From Octopus vulgaris (Eukaryota), in NCBI GenBank assembly GCA_951406725.2, contig OX597830.1:51832001-51896000 (forward strand): DNA of 64,000 nucleotides, in the 5' to 3' direction. Shown here piece by piece: positions 52,290 to 64,000 of this stretch. The notes under the pieces are model-generated. The model searched no databases. It saw only the letters and a program-made list of their open reading frames with translations, and was not told where the DNA came from. Both the position numbers and the translations under genes were made by a program. How positions within the stretch are numbered: position 1 is the first letter of the stretch; each line of letters starts with the position of its first letter.

Positions 52290-53698
52290 AAACCTCTTCT
52301 GATATGCGATATTTGGTGAATGAAGAAGCTTGATGCTGCTGCCCTCATCTTTGCTTCCTACCGTGAGATAGGTTCATCTGGAACCACCATGCAGAGCTCA
52401 CAGGCATTTTGGAAGGATATTGAAGAGCTGTGGGCCCTTGAATTCCAAGCTGTTTCGGTATCTGGTCCTGTATATTGATAGTAATTGTAAGATCTTTGGC
52501 ACTATGCAGTGTTACACCATTCTGCTGTTTGTGTAACTTTCAATGCCAAAGTTTTGTGCAAAACCTTCCAGGATTTTCCAGATGTATATCATTGCATATC
52601 TTTCCCGTCTTCTTTCAAGGGAGAAGAGTTTTAACTCTTTTAACCTTTCCCAGTATTTGAATCGTTGCATTGAGATGATTTTCTTTGTGTAACTTCATTG
52701 GATTGGTTCAAGTTCCACCGTGAATTTTATATTGTGTGGTGACCACAGCTGGAAGCAGTAGTCCAAGCGGCTAAGGGCAAATGCCCTCCAAAGGACCATC
52801 ACAGTTTGCTTTTCTCCGGTTTTGAAAGTTCGGAGGATCCATCCAGGTAGCCGTCTGCATTATCTTGCCAAATGAGTAATACGCATCTTTATTCGTGTCA
52901 ATGCTCACTGATTTTGATTCAGGGTTTGCAATTTCACCCGAGCCAGTGTAACCTGTCCGCATGTCGTACAGCTTTGTGTGCTGGTAGCGCAGGGCTTGGG
53001 ATTTTCCAGCATTAAACTGCATGTTGTTGTCCTCAACCCATCTGTATACTGCGTCCAACTCCCGTTGCGGATGCGCAATAATTCCAGGGTCCTGAATCAT
53101 CTGAGAGACTTTCGTATCATCTGCATAGCTAGCAAGCATTGCTATCTGAGCAGCTAAGGGCATGTCCGTGGGGGTCACTATAAATAGCAGTGGCCCTAAA
53201 AGAGTGCCCTAAGGAACACCACTTACTATATGTGTTTCCTTTGAGGTGGCTCCATTGGCCACCACTGCGTGACGTCTATCTTTTAGAAAGTCGTGTAGCC
53301 ATTTCTCCAAGTCTTCTGACTATGCTGAGATCATACAGTTTGTGACATATCAAAGGCTTTTGCAAAGTCTGGAGATGCCACATTTGAGTTGTTGAGTTGT
53401 TGAGCAGTTGCTTTAACACCTGGCCGTAATGTTTAAGAGCTGTGTCAGGCAGATTCTACCTAGTCGAAACCCATGCTGGATACCTGTTAGCAAAATATTC
53501 ACTTCAAGGAACGCAATTTGTTCCTTGCGGAATATTTGTGCCATGACTTTGCTAATGTGTGAAGTCAGACAGATAAACCTACACTTTTTAGCGTCTTCTC
53601 TGCCTCCTCCTTTCTGGATAGGACATATTATTCCTTCCTTCAATTTGCCTGGAAGCTTACCGCTTGCAAGAAATCTCTGAAAAAAGGAGCTGCAGTGG
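52290..53698 (-). mobile_element. CR1-type LINE RT fragment, decayed
   Basis: ICLTSHISKV, QHGFRLGRICLTQL, DFAKAFD, GVP..TLLGPLLF, SYADDTK and NNMQFNAGK. Confidence 0.85.
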
Positions 53699-53878
53699 TC
53701 TCTTCAGTTATCCGGCCATCAGAAAAACGCAATGAAAAATGACCGTTATACAAAGGGAAATTACTGTGTAATTGACCGCTATTAAGACAAAAGAGCTATT
53801 CGAAAGACCACTAAGTAAGGTAGGGGGGGGGAAGTTCATAGTATTTGCGTAAGTGCGCCTGTTCATACATACACATGA

Positions 53879-53950
53879 GGCCAGATAACTGAAGAGACGG
53901 TAGCGTGGATTTCCAGCTCGGCATTCGAAACTCGGAGTTTTATCTTGGCT
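53879..53950 (+). ncRNA. Hammerhead ribozyme (type I, short stem III) in a (TA)n-ending insert
   Basis: GGCC-AGAUAA-CUGAAGA-GA...UC-GAAA-CUCGGAG-UU|UUAUCU-UGGCU; inverted partial copy at 53699-53717; (TA)n begins at ~54048. Confidence 0.65.
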
Positions 53951-54044
53951 ACCGAATAATTGTCACCATATTACATTTACAAATAAATTCCTCAATTTAC
54001 ACAATATCGAGGTATCTTTGTTCCTTTTATCTTACCGTTTTTAT

Positions 54045-54086
<42 letters not shown>

Positions 54087-54795
54087 ATATATACAGGCAG
54101 ACAGACAACGTTCCAGGTTAGACAAAAAGCAATATGGTCAAATGATGCTGGTTCTATACACCAAATCACAAAATTAATAAGACGCCAAAGCGCCATGTTT
54201 ACCGATGGCACTCACCATCCGCCAATGGTGTTGTGGGAAGTTGAATACCGTTGTGAAATAAACGAATATTAGTTATGTCTGAAAATAAAATTTTTGAAAT
54301 GTTTTACAATAAAATCGATAATGTTGTTTACCATAAAGCTATCGATTAAATAGAGACATCATTATCTTTCGTTTTATATTCTTTGCTGTCTTGAATTATC
54401 TGAGAAAATAAAATGTGTCTCTGAATCATTTTGAAGGTCTATCAAACTAGCATATTGGTCTTATACCAACTAGTGTATACGCTGAATAAAAAAAAAAAGA
54501 AATAGCAACAATAAGAAAGAACGACGACGACAATATAAACAGCGTTAGCACCAGCAGCAAAATTATCAATGACCATAATAAAAACAATCGCAACAAGAAC
54601 AGTAATAACCTCAACAACAACAACAACAACAACAAAAGCATACCATTTTCAGATGATATAGGAAACGAACTGCTGTATAATCGCGAAAGAAATTGGGCGG
54701 AAGAGAAAGATTCGTGGATGGGTTTTTATTCTTGTTACTCTATATTAAATTAGTTCTTAGATGTTTTAGTGCCGTACACACACACACACACACAT

Positions 54796-54838
<43 letters not shown>

Positions 54839-54953
54839 TGCATGCATACATATATGTGCGCACATACACAGAAACGTCCACAGATATACATGTAGACATG
54901 TATATCTGTTTGTGTCTGTGTGCTTATAGTATAGATGTATATCTATACTGTAG

Positions 54954-55185
54954 ACGGCGAGCTGGCAGAAACGTTAGCACGCCGGGCGAAATGCGTAGCC
55001 GTATTTCATCTGCCGCTACGTTCTGAGTTCAAATTCCGCCGAGGTCGACTTTGCCTTTCATCCTTTCGGGGTCGATTTAATAAGTGCCACTTACGCACTG
55101 CGGTCGATCTAATCGACTTAATTCCTATGTTTGTCCCTGTTTGTCCCCTTTATGTTTAGCCCCTTGTAGGCAATAAAAAAAATAA
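54954..55185 (+). mobile_element. SINE family B
   Basis: Full-length match. Confidence 0.9.
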
Positions 55186-55534
55186 GCATATATATATATA
55201 TATATAAAATGAAAGGTGACAAAAAAACCAACTCAGTAACACCCTCGCTGATATAAGTTTGGAGAAAGTTAGCAATCTTGCGGGAACCTGCTCACTGACC
55301 TGCTAGAAGTAGCAGCCAAACCAAATCCTAACGCAGCGGTTCTCAACCAGTTTCTGCCTGTCCTTACCTTCGAAACACGCATTGAGTCGATCCAGGGACA
55401 GCTGATGAAGGGGAATATTCCTTGTATTGTTTGTCTTGTACTCTGTTTTTTCGTTGTTAAAAAAAGTCCGTTTCCTAGTTGTTTTTATGTTTTCGTTTCT
55501 CGTTGTGTTCTACGTCTATTTGTGGTGCCCTGTA

Positions 55535-55581
<47 letters not shown>

Positions 55582-55776
55582 CGGGAAGATTTATGAAAAT
55601 AAATAAAAGACGAAGGCAGGTGGAATACAAACAAACAATTGTATTAGTATGGCGCTCAGGAATATAAATAAAATAAGTCTTTTACGTTTCGAGCCTACGC
55701 TCTTCAACAGAAAGATACACAGAAAAGAAACACAGAAAGAAACAAGGAGAGAGAAAAATGCGTGCAGAGGCTAGCG
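55582..55776 (-). mobile_element. Family E (TA)n-abutting repeat, divergent copy
   Basis: Core UCUUU-CUGUUGAA-GAGC-GUAG-GCUC-GAAAC-GUA-AAAGA. Confidence 0.65.
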
Positions 55777-55875
55777 AATCAACATACATGTATATATACA
55801 TGTAGATGTAGGTACGTACATATATGTATGTATGTATGCATATATTTTATTTATTAAATTATTGTATGACTGAGC

Positions 55876-55921
<46 letters not shown>

Positions 55922-56693
55922 GAAGCCAAAGGGATACGCATGGCAAATGTCAATTTGGGCGTATTGTTCTTCATTCATCGAAACTGCATGTCACTCTCTG
56001 GACAAAGTGCTTCTTCAGCCAGCGCTCAGTCTAGGGCCAACCCGTCAAGTTAACAGATTACTGCCACTTGATAGAACTGGAGATTCCTCAACAGAGATTA
56101 GCTACTTGAGAACACTGTGGATTTCTGGAACCTCATAAGTATCACCAATTGGTTCGATAACCTGTAATAGTTGTATTAGTTTGCAGATATGGCCAACACA
56201 CCTACTTATGGCTCTACATTATCGTATTATTTATCATCTCCTTTATTTGGCGAAAATGAATTGCGACATTGCATCTCACTTTCTACACTCAATATTTCAA
56301 CTGAATACGCTAATCTCTACAGATGAAATGTAGCTCAATGGCTAAGAAATTCCATTAGTAATTATGTTGTGCCAGGTTCGGTTCTCATTCGTTAGTGCTG
56401 TGAATCTGGCTTTTGGGGTCCATATGCGATTTTGCTGTTAGAATTTATGTGCAAGTAATTCATTATACTACGAACATACGCAAATTATTTCAACAGTTTT
56501 CTTTAAACAATTCCTAATATTTAATCATAAAAACGCAATATGACTTTTTAAACATCGAATGGCTGCAAACGTCCAGTTGATTAAAATGAGAATCAAAGTG
56601 GATCCACAGGCAGAAACCGGTCGAGAACCGCTGCGTTAGGATTTGGTTTGGCTGCTACTTCTAGCAGGTCAGTGAGCAGGTTCCCGCAAGATT

Positions 56694-56909
56694 CTCTTTT
56701 ACTCTTTTACTCTTTTACTTGTTTCAGTCATTTGACTGCGGCCATGCTGGAGCACCGCCTTTAGTCGAGCAAATCGACCCCGGGACTTATTCTTTTGTAA
56801 GCCCAGTACTTATTCTATCGGTCTCTTTTGCCGAACCGCTAAGTGACGGGGACGTAAACACACCAGCATCGGTTGTCAAGCAATGCTAGGGAGACAAACA
56901 CAGACACAT

Positions 56910-56952
<43 letters not shown>

Positions 56953-57111
56953 TACGACAGGCTTCTTTCAGTTTCCGTCTACCAAATCCACTCACAAGGC
57001 ATTGGTCGGCCCGGGGCTATAGCAGAAGACACTTGCCCAAGATGTCACGCAGTGGGACTGAACCCGGAACCATGAGGTTGGTTAGCAAGCTACTTACCAC
57101 ACAGCCACTCC
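56694..57111 (-). mobile_element. SINE family A, full length
   Basis: Reverse complement of 10448-10868. Confidence 0.9.
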
Positions 57112-57502
57112 TTTCTCCAAACTAACTTTCTCCAAACTTGTTGATGTTTTTATTACTGTAATTGTTATTCTCGTTGTTAATTGACGTAGACCTTATAACA
57201 TTTATCAGCGAGGGTGTTACTGGGTTGTTGTTGTTTTTTTTTCACCTTTCATTTTTATGAGATATTCACTTCTTTGACGGTGTGTGTGTCTGTGTGTGTT
57301 TGTTTGTTTGTTTGTGTGTGTGAGGGGATGGGTGCGTGAGTTATTTTCTTTGTATCTGTTCATATTTCTATTACATTTCTTCCATATATATGTCTTCTAT
57401 ACATGAAGTTGTATTGTATGTATACGCGTGAGTATATAAGCGACTGTATACTCATGTTTTGCATATGTGTATGTGTGTGTGTGTGTGTGTACGCGCGTTT
57501 GT

Positions 57503-57539
<37 letters not shown>

Positions 57540-57574
57540 CGCGTTCGTGTGTATGTGTGTGTGTGTACGCGCGT

Positions 57575-57627
<53 letters not shown>

Positions 57628-57893
57628 GTGTGTTCGTTTGTGTGTAGTATAGTGCATTCATTGAACAAAAGTCTGTGACGCAGTCAAAGCTGTTTATACT
57701 AGTTTATTAGGTAAGATGTGAAACAAGCCGAGATGCTAAAAGTGAACCTGTGTCACTAATAAGGATGACTTGCCATTCTGCTTGTTCACTGACACGGTCT
57801 GTTTCGTGAGAAATTATTACTGAAACGAAAACGAGCCACACCAGCGGACTTAACATTGTGTGTATAATCTTTGGCACCAATACTCTGTCTCTG

Positions 57894-57934
<41 letters not shown>

Positions 57935-58181
57935 TACACACACACATTCACACATTCATAGATATATACATATAGATAGATCACACCTGTAAATATATAG
58001 AGAGAAGAGATAGACAGAAAGACAGACAGACAGACAGACAGACAGAGAGAGAGTAACAGAGAGACAGACCGACAGATGTATTCACTGTATGTGGGGCGTA
58101 TACATATATAACGTATATTGAATGTGCGTGTATATATATCTGCTTGTTTGCATGTATACACATACACAAACTCATACATAC

Positions 58182-58270
<89 letters not shown>

Positions 58271-58386
58271 CATATATACATATATACATATATGTATATC
58301 TATGTATATATATGTATATATATATATACACATAATATACATATATGCATATATAGGTGTATATACACACACACACACACACACAC

Positions 58387-58433
<47 letters not shown>

Positions 58434-58435
<2 letters not shown>

Positions 58436-59790
58436 CAATGAAAAAACCTCTGAGCGAGGAGTAAACAGTCGCAGCACGGAATCTTGAAATATATTTATCA
58501 CCACCTAAATGTAGCGGACCTACATTTGTATAAATTGTATAAAATCTAAATTAGGTTTATCCTTAAGGGAATCAAACCGTAGGATAGAATCCCCAGTAAA
58601 TTTTCTTAAGGGAATTTGAACCTTATCCCTCACGATGGGAATAATACGATCAATAATATATTTACTGATTCTACCGAAATCAGATTTGGTCGGGCAGATC
58701 AACCTAATCGAAGGATTTGACAAAAAAATCAGACTTATGATCCTTCAAGAGGGCATGGGGAGGGTTTGGAGCATAAGACTGGGTTCTGTCAAACAGGCCC
58801 AAACCAGAGATGACTTCTGAGTGTCGTTAATCCTATCCACAGCATTTTTGCTTGCATGTTTATAACCAGAGTTTAACTCTTTCAGGATCAAGTCATTATA
58901 AATCGTCGGCGATACAGAATAAATGTTTCCGGTTTTATCGATAGAACGTGGAAATCAGGAGATTATTTCATTGCGGGGATCTTTTCGCTTTGACCGACAG
59001 ATTTTTTTAATAATTTCTTTGTAACTACACACTTTTAAACTTCGTATACAGGTAGAATGTGTTTATAAAACAGCTTTTTCTCTTGGCTTTCTTGAGAAAA
59101 TTCTGTAGTTTGTAAACTATTTGTTCTTTAATTTCTTGCATATATCTCCGGATCGTTGTCAACAACAATAATTTGCAGTTATCTTATCAGACAAGAGTTT
59201 CTGGAAAGGATTCGTGTATTTAGAGAACTTCAACCGTTGGATCAAATTCATGAAGTCATGTTCAAATTTAGCAAGAACTGGGTTGAATGGTGGATTCCTA
59301 TAAGTTTTGAGGTTATAATAGTTTTTTCCCGTCACAAGAGTCCGTTCCATTGATACTATTGTTGTGCTTTCCGGTATTTTTGATATCAAAGAAGAAAGCA
59401 CGCCATCTTAGCCTATTAATAAATTCTGTGGTTTTTTGGACAAGTGATTCTATATATGCATTCTTCGAGGGTATGGGAATACTTTTCGTTGGAAAACTCA
59501 AACAATGCTTATTAATAATTCAGCCTATATGAAATGCTCAACGAGCAAATGAATAGAACAAGAATTAATATTTGTCTCTTTTTTTAGAAACAAAAGGGTT
59601 TATAAGACTGCAAAAGAAATGCTGAAATATAAATGAAGATAAAGTAGCGTTGGTTATAGAACAAACGCCAAATTTGGGTCTTTCGTTGCTTCTTTATCTT
59701 CGTCTCATTTATATTTGAGCACTTCTTTTGCAGTCCTATAAACCCTTTTGTTTCCAGAAAAAGCGATAAATATTAATTCTTGTTGTATAT
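58434..59790 (-). mobile_element. Naiad-like Penelope-like element, 5' part, decayed, in (TA)n
   Basis: KSIPIPSKNAY...FINRLRWRAFFF and IRLICPTKSDFGRISK.IIDRI...FIQF match recalled Naiad N-terminal/RT motifs; 5' inversion 59558-59648/59688-59783; (TA)n on both sides. Confidence 0.75.
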
Positions 59791-59872
59791 ATATTGATAT
59801 ATATATATATGTATATATATGTAGGTCCCGGGTTGAGTCGGGGTTAACCACAGTAAATATAATAAATATATG

Positions 59873-59933
<61 letters not shown>

Positions 59934-59958
59934 ATATATGTGTATATATATGTATATA

Positions 59959-60004
<46 letters not shown>

Positions 60005-60005
<1 letters not shown>

Positions 60006-60023
60006 TCTATCTATCTATCTATC

Positions 60024-60055
<32 letters not shown>

Positions 60056-61252
60056 TATATATATAAGACTGAGAATGTGTGTCTGTTTGACTGTTTGTCT
60101 GTCTGTCTGTTTGTCTGTCTGTGTGTCTGTATGTGCGCATCTCTAAAACTCGAGAAGTATCCAACCGATTTCATTCAAATTTAAGCGACACGCAGTCACT
60201 GATCTCGTATCGAAAAAAAAAACATGTTTTAAATCTCTGAGCGAGCGAAATACAGTAACAGTACCAGATAGTAATGTTTTTATGCCAACATAATGTGATA
60301 GGTAGAGGCCGCATAAGCGTCACAGACGGAGAAATTGGGAGTAGAGGATGACCCTTTTTGTCTCAACCGATTCAGTTGCAAAGTGTTATTTTGAGTAAAG
60401 TTATTTGCTTGCAGGCTTCCTTTCATTCTTTTTATTATCACTGGGTCATAGATAGTCCCCAGATGGTAACATTAATTTCAAAACCTTTCCAGATACGTAA
60501 TTGGTCATTCAAAGGGATTTATAGATTCCAAATTTACTCTGTTCAGTTACCTATCGCAATAGTGATCATTGGCAAACTCCAAAGGCAACACTTTCATTTC
60601 CCCTTAGCCCTCATACCACACAGTTAATGTTTATTTGAGTTGGGTCACGCCCTTCCAATTGCTATAGATCCATAATGAATCTTACGGCTGTGCTGGTCAC
60701 TTGTATGGTGAGGAATCCTACATTGGGGAGTGGTAACGACTAGGGTAAGGTAGCTGACTGTTTATTGTGATCATTCGTCTTTTGGTTTCCTCTAGCTTTG
60801 CTCTCTTTTACACATCCAGTGAATATTCATATATTACCGATTTTAAAGAAATTTGAACAACAGATATGACACAAATTAAAAAGGATTCCCAGCAATTCAA
60901 CTGCTCTGGTTGACTTTAAGATCCTCACCTTTATAGGGGCCTTAACTCCCACATTTTAGAGCTCCTTGTGCTACATGTGCTCTATTTTTCAGGAGCAAAA
61001 ACCTTTGCATGGGTTTAATAAGATTTGGATTTTGAAATATGGGCATAAAAATGTGTAGTATGGGATAAATATGTCATGATTAGAATTTTTGTTAGAGTGT
61101 GTAAAGAGGGAAAGAACCCTCATTAAAATTCTTAATCTCCAATTTTGATGAAATTCGCATCGTAAGTATTCCAGTTCATTAGAGAACATATAAAAGAAAA
61201 GTCTAATTTTTCACTTCCATGCGACACAGGCAACGGCGGGTATCTCTGCTGA
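60005..61252 (+). mobile_element. Helitron-like non-autonomous relic
   Basis: 5' TCTATATAT...(GTCT)n...AACCGATTTCATTCAAATTT; 3' decayed hairpin CAGGCAACGGCGGG followed by CTGCTGAC; faint Pif1-like motifs (LTVWYE, SGD) on the minus strand at 60440-60700. Confidence 0.45.
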
Positions 61253-61264
61253 CATATATATATA

Positions 61265-62808
61265 CAGTTGCGGCCAAAATGTTCAGAACGGCATTGTTTT
61301 CGTCAGAAAAGTAGATATAATTTTTTATCAAATTTTTTTTATATTTTATAATTTTCACAGACAATAAATACGATATTATTTGTTATTGTCTGAGAATTTG
61401 AGAGGATAATACAAAAGTTATGGATGATTTAGTGATTTACTGCAAAACCCATGGTGGCCAAAATTATCAGAACGGTTGCTTTTACTCCATGTTTTAGTAT
61501 ATTGAACCGGCGAACTCTAATGTTTTGAATTTGTTTACTTGACGGTTCGTTTACTAAACATTAGTAAGAATATCTCAAGTGTACTTTGTTTATATAATGC
61601 CACTTACTCCGTTACCAATTCGTCAGCAGATTATTAAGTTTCGAAAGAAGGATAATTTAAGTATTGAGTCTATTGCAAAGATTGTTAACAAGTCAAAAAG
61701 TGTTGTTCATGGTATTCTTAAGGTCTACGATGATTGTGGTTCGTGTGAAGCAAGAAAGTCTACAGGTAGGCCAAGAAAAACGACCAAGAGAGAAGATCGT
61801 GCTATGGTAAAGTTGGTTAAAGAGGACAGATTTATAACTGCTGCTGCTGTTTCTCGGGAAATGAGCATTGTACTGAAGAAAACTTTATCTCGAAAAACTG
61901 TGTCTCGAAAAACTGATCAGCTCCAAGAATAAAAAGTGTCGTCTTACCTTTGCAACCGAACGTGTGTTGTGGTCTCAAGAAAAATGGCAAATGGCGCATT
62001 TCAGTGATGAATCTAAGTTTATGTTATTTGGCTCGAAAAGTAGGTGAAAAATTGTCGACTAAATGCCTTAAGACTAGTGTTAAATTCGGTGGAGGAAATG
62101 TCATGGTTTGGGGGATTATATCTGGAGATGTTGTGGGCCCTTTGGTGCGATTACATGGAAAGTAAAATGCAGGAGTTTATAAACAACTTGTAAAAGATCA
62201 TGTCTTGCCTGGGCTGAGAAATTCAACTAAGCGACCACCCATATCTATGCAGGACAATGCCCCATGTCACAAGGCTAAGGTGGCCATGAACTTCCTCAAG
62301 GCTGAACAGGTTATTGTTAAGGATTGGCCTGCTCAAAGCCCAGACCTCTATCCTATTGAAAATGTGTGGAATTTTCTAGGAGAACGTTCGAAAGCCAGAA
62401 ATCCTAAAACAACTGAGCAATTATGGAATGCCCATCAAGAAGAAACTTGAATAAGATCACCCAGCAAGAAATTGAAAATTTAATTTCATCATGCAGTCGA
62501 AAATGTCAGAGTGTGATTGAAGCTTCACACTAAATATTAAATAATTCCAGTATTCTCTGTCATTTTTGATTATTTTGTTATTTTTTCAACCGTTCTGATA
62601 ATTTTGGCCATCATGGGTTTTGCAGTAAATCACTAAATCATCCATAACTTTTGTATTATCCTCTTAAATTACACCAGAATCTCAGACAATAGCAAACAAT
62701 ATCGTATTTATTGTCTGTGAAAATTATAGAAAATAAAACAACTTTGATAAAAAAATTGTACCTACTTTTTTGACGAAAACAATGCCGTTCTGAACATTTT
62801 GGCCGTAA

Positions 62809-62811
<3 letters not shown>
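61265..62811 (+). mobile_element. Full-length Tc1 (DD34E, IR/DR type) transposon
   Basis: ~215-225-bp ITRs at 61265-61478 and 62587-62811 starting CAGTT, inner direct repeat GGCCAAAAT..TCAGAACGG, and TA flanks. Confidence 0.95.
61597..62540 (+). pseudogene. Tc1 transposase, disrupted
   Basis: HTH and GRPRKTT, FSDES, GGGNVMVWG, QDNAPCH-(34)-E in WPAQSPDLYPIENVW; stops and frameshifts present. Confidence 0.92.
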
Positions 62812-62866
<55 letters not shown>

Positions 62867-63596
62867 CATGCTGGTCAGCCAATTTACCTGCTCACGTGGT
62901 CGTACAACCTTGTATTGTCCCTTAGTTATGCTATTTTATAAAATCACACAGACAATACACATACAATTTTATAGTATCTACTGTTTGCCACATCCCTCTC
63001 GATGTGACCAGTCATATGGGTACCACCAATGTTCATTATTTTCGAAGAAATTCAAAAATGGATCGTTAAACAGGAAAGGGATTTCACCTCTCTTGTTATA
63101 TTCTGAAACAATGTTCCTTCTTTGTGTGTGTGAGAGAGAGAGAGAGTGAGAGAGAGAGGGAAGGAAGGGTTTTTTCATGTGTGAAGGAGGGAGAAAGGGA
63201 AGGAAGTACTGAAGTAGAGAGGTAGTTGAAAAATGGGCAAACTCGAACTCGGCAGAGTTTGAACTCAGAACGTCAAGACGGGCAAAATGATGGTAAGCAA
63301 AATTATGCCAAGCTTCCCGCCTTTTCATTCATTAATATCAATGTTTTATTGTCGTTGTTCTTCTGAAGTAGGGGGGAGGGATATATTTCAAATTTGAAAG
63401 ATGATAAAAGATAATAAACTCTGCTTAATTAATTAATTTAAACCCATTAGATATACTCCCAATTCATTATACTTATATACAGCATTTTCTGTCTACACAC
63501 GCACACACACTCACATATGTATATAATCCTTTACAACACTCATAACCATTATTACACTGTGTCTGAGAATATATACACATAGATACATAATTTATA

Positions 63597-63662
<66 letters not shown>

Positions 63663-63867
63663 GCACACTCGCGCCGCTTATGTCCGCCTACGTTCAGTTC
63701 ACTGGACAATGGATGGCATCGTTTCATGATGATGATAATTATGTCTACTATTATGATTAATGATGATGAAAATAATTAAGAGGAATGATTGAATGAAAAA
63801 GCTATTGTTTAAAAGTTAATTAAACAGGTTAATGTCAAGGGCAGGTCAAGCTTTTGATATTGTAACA

Positions 63868-63932
63868 TGACTGCTACAACTGCTACTACTGTTACTACTA
63901 CTGCTACTACTACTACTACTACTTCTACTACC

Positions 63933-64000
<68 letters not shown>
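63868..64000. repeat. (ACT)n microsatellite
   Basis: Read directly. Confidence 0.97.

Larger units (their letters stand above)
55206..57255. repeat. Inverted repeat pair (~155-bp arms), right arm split by a SINE
   Basis: 55206-55361 versus 56606-56693, 57122-57139 and 57203-57255. Confidence 0.8.

Noticed and set aside
56652-56667. CTGCTA-CTTC-TAGCAG as a histone 3' stem-loop
   Set aside because: The geometry is similar but the stem lacks the GGYYYU/ARRRCC consensus and no histone ORF is present.

Overview
This window is AT-rich eukaryotic (metazoan) DNA dominated by (TA)n, (CA)n, (GATA)n and (TAA)n microsatellites and transposons. The SINE families and microsatellite load point to an octopod cephalopod (inference from memory, not a database search). 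Most ORFs in the track are microsatellite artefacts. Recognisable elements: a near full-length, decayed Tx1/L1-clade LINE in a (GATA)n tract (35336-41528, -); a full-length Tc1 DD34E transposon with long ITRs (61265-62811); DD37D and mariner relics; RTE, CR1, restriction-like-endonuclease LINE and Helitron-like fragments; a Naiad-type Penelope-like element (PLE) fragment (58434-59790); and about 25 tRNA-derived SINE copies. The main hidden signal is a set of short, sequence-divergent insertions next to (TA)n. Several carry hammerhead ribozymes (1355-1415, 44168-44248, 53879-53950, 51656-51709), most have 5' fold-back inversions, and seven share a covarying four-helix RNA fold that ends at or near the (TA)n junction. 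Also notable: an ~860-bp palindrome centred on (TA)n, a SINE family that shares its 3' tail with the Tx1 LINE, and a candidate 4-exon, 81-aa host gene with a 17-nt microexon (13965-16214, -).
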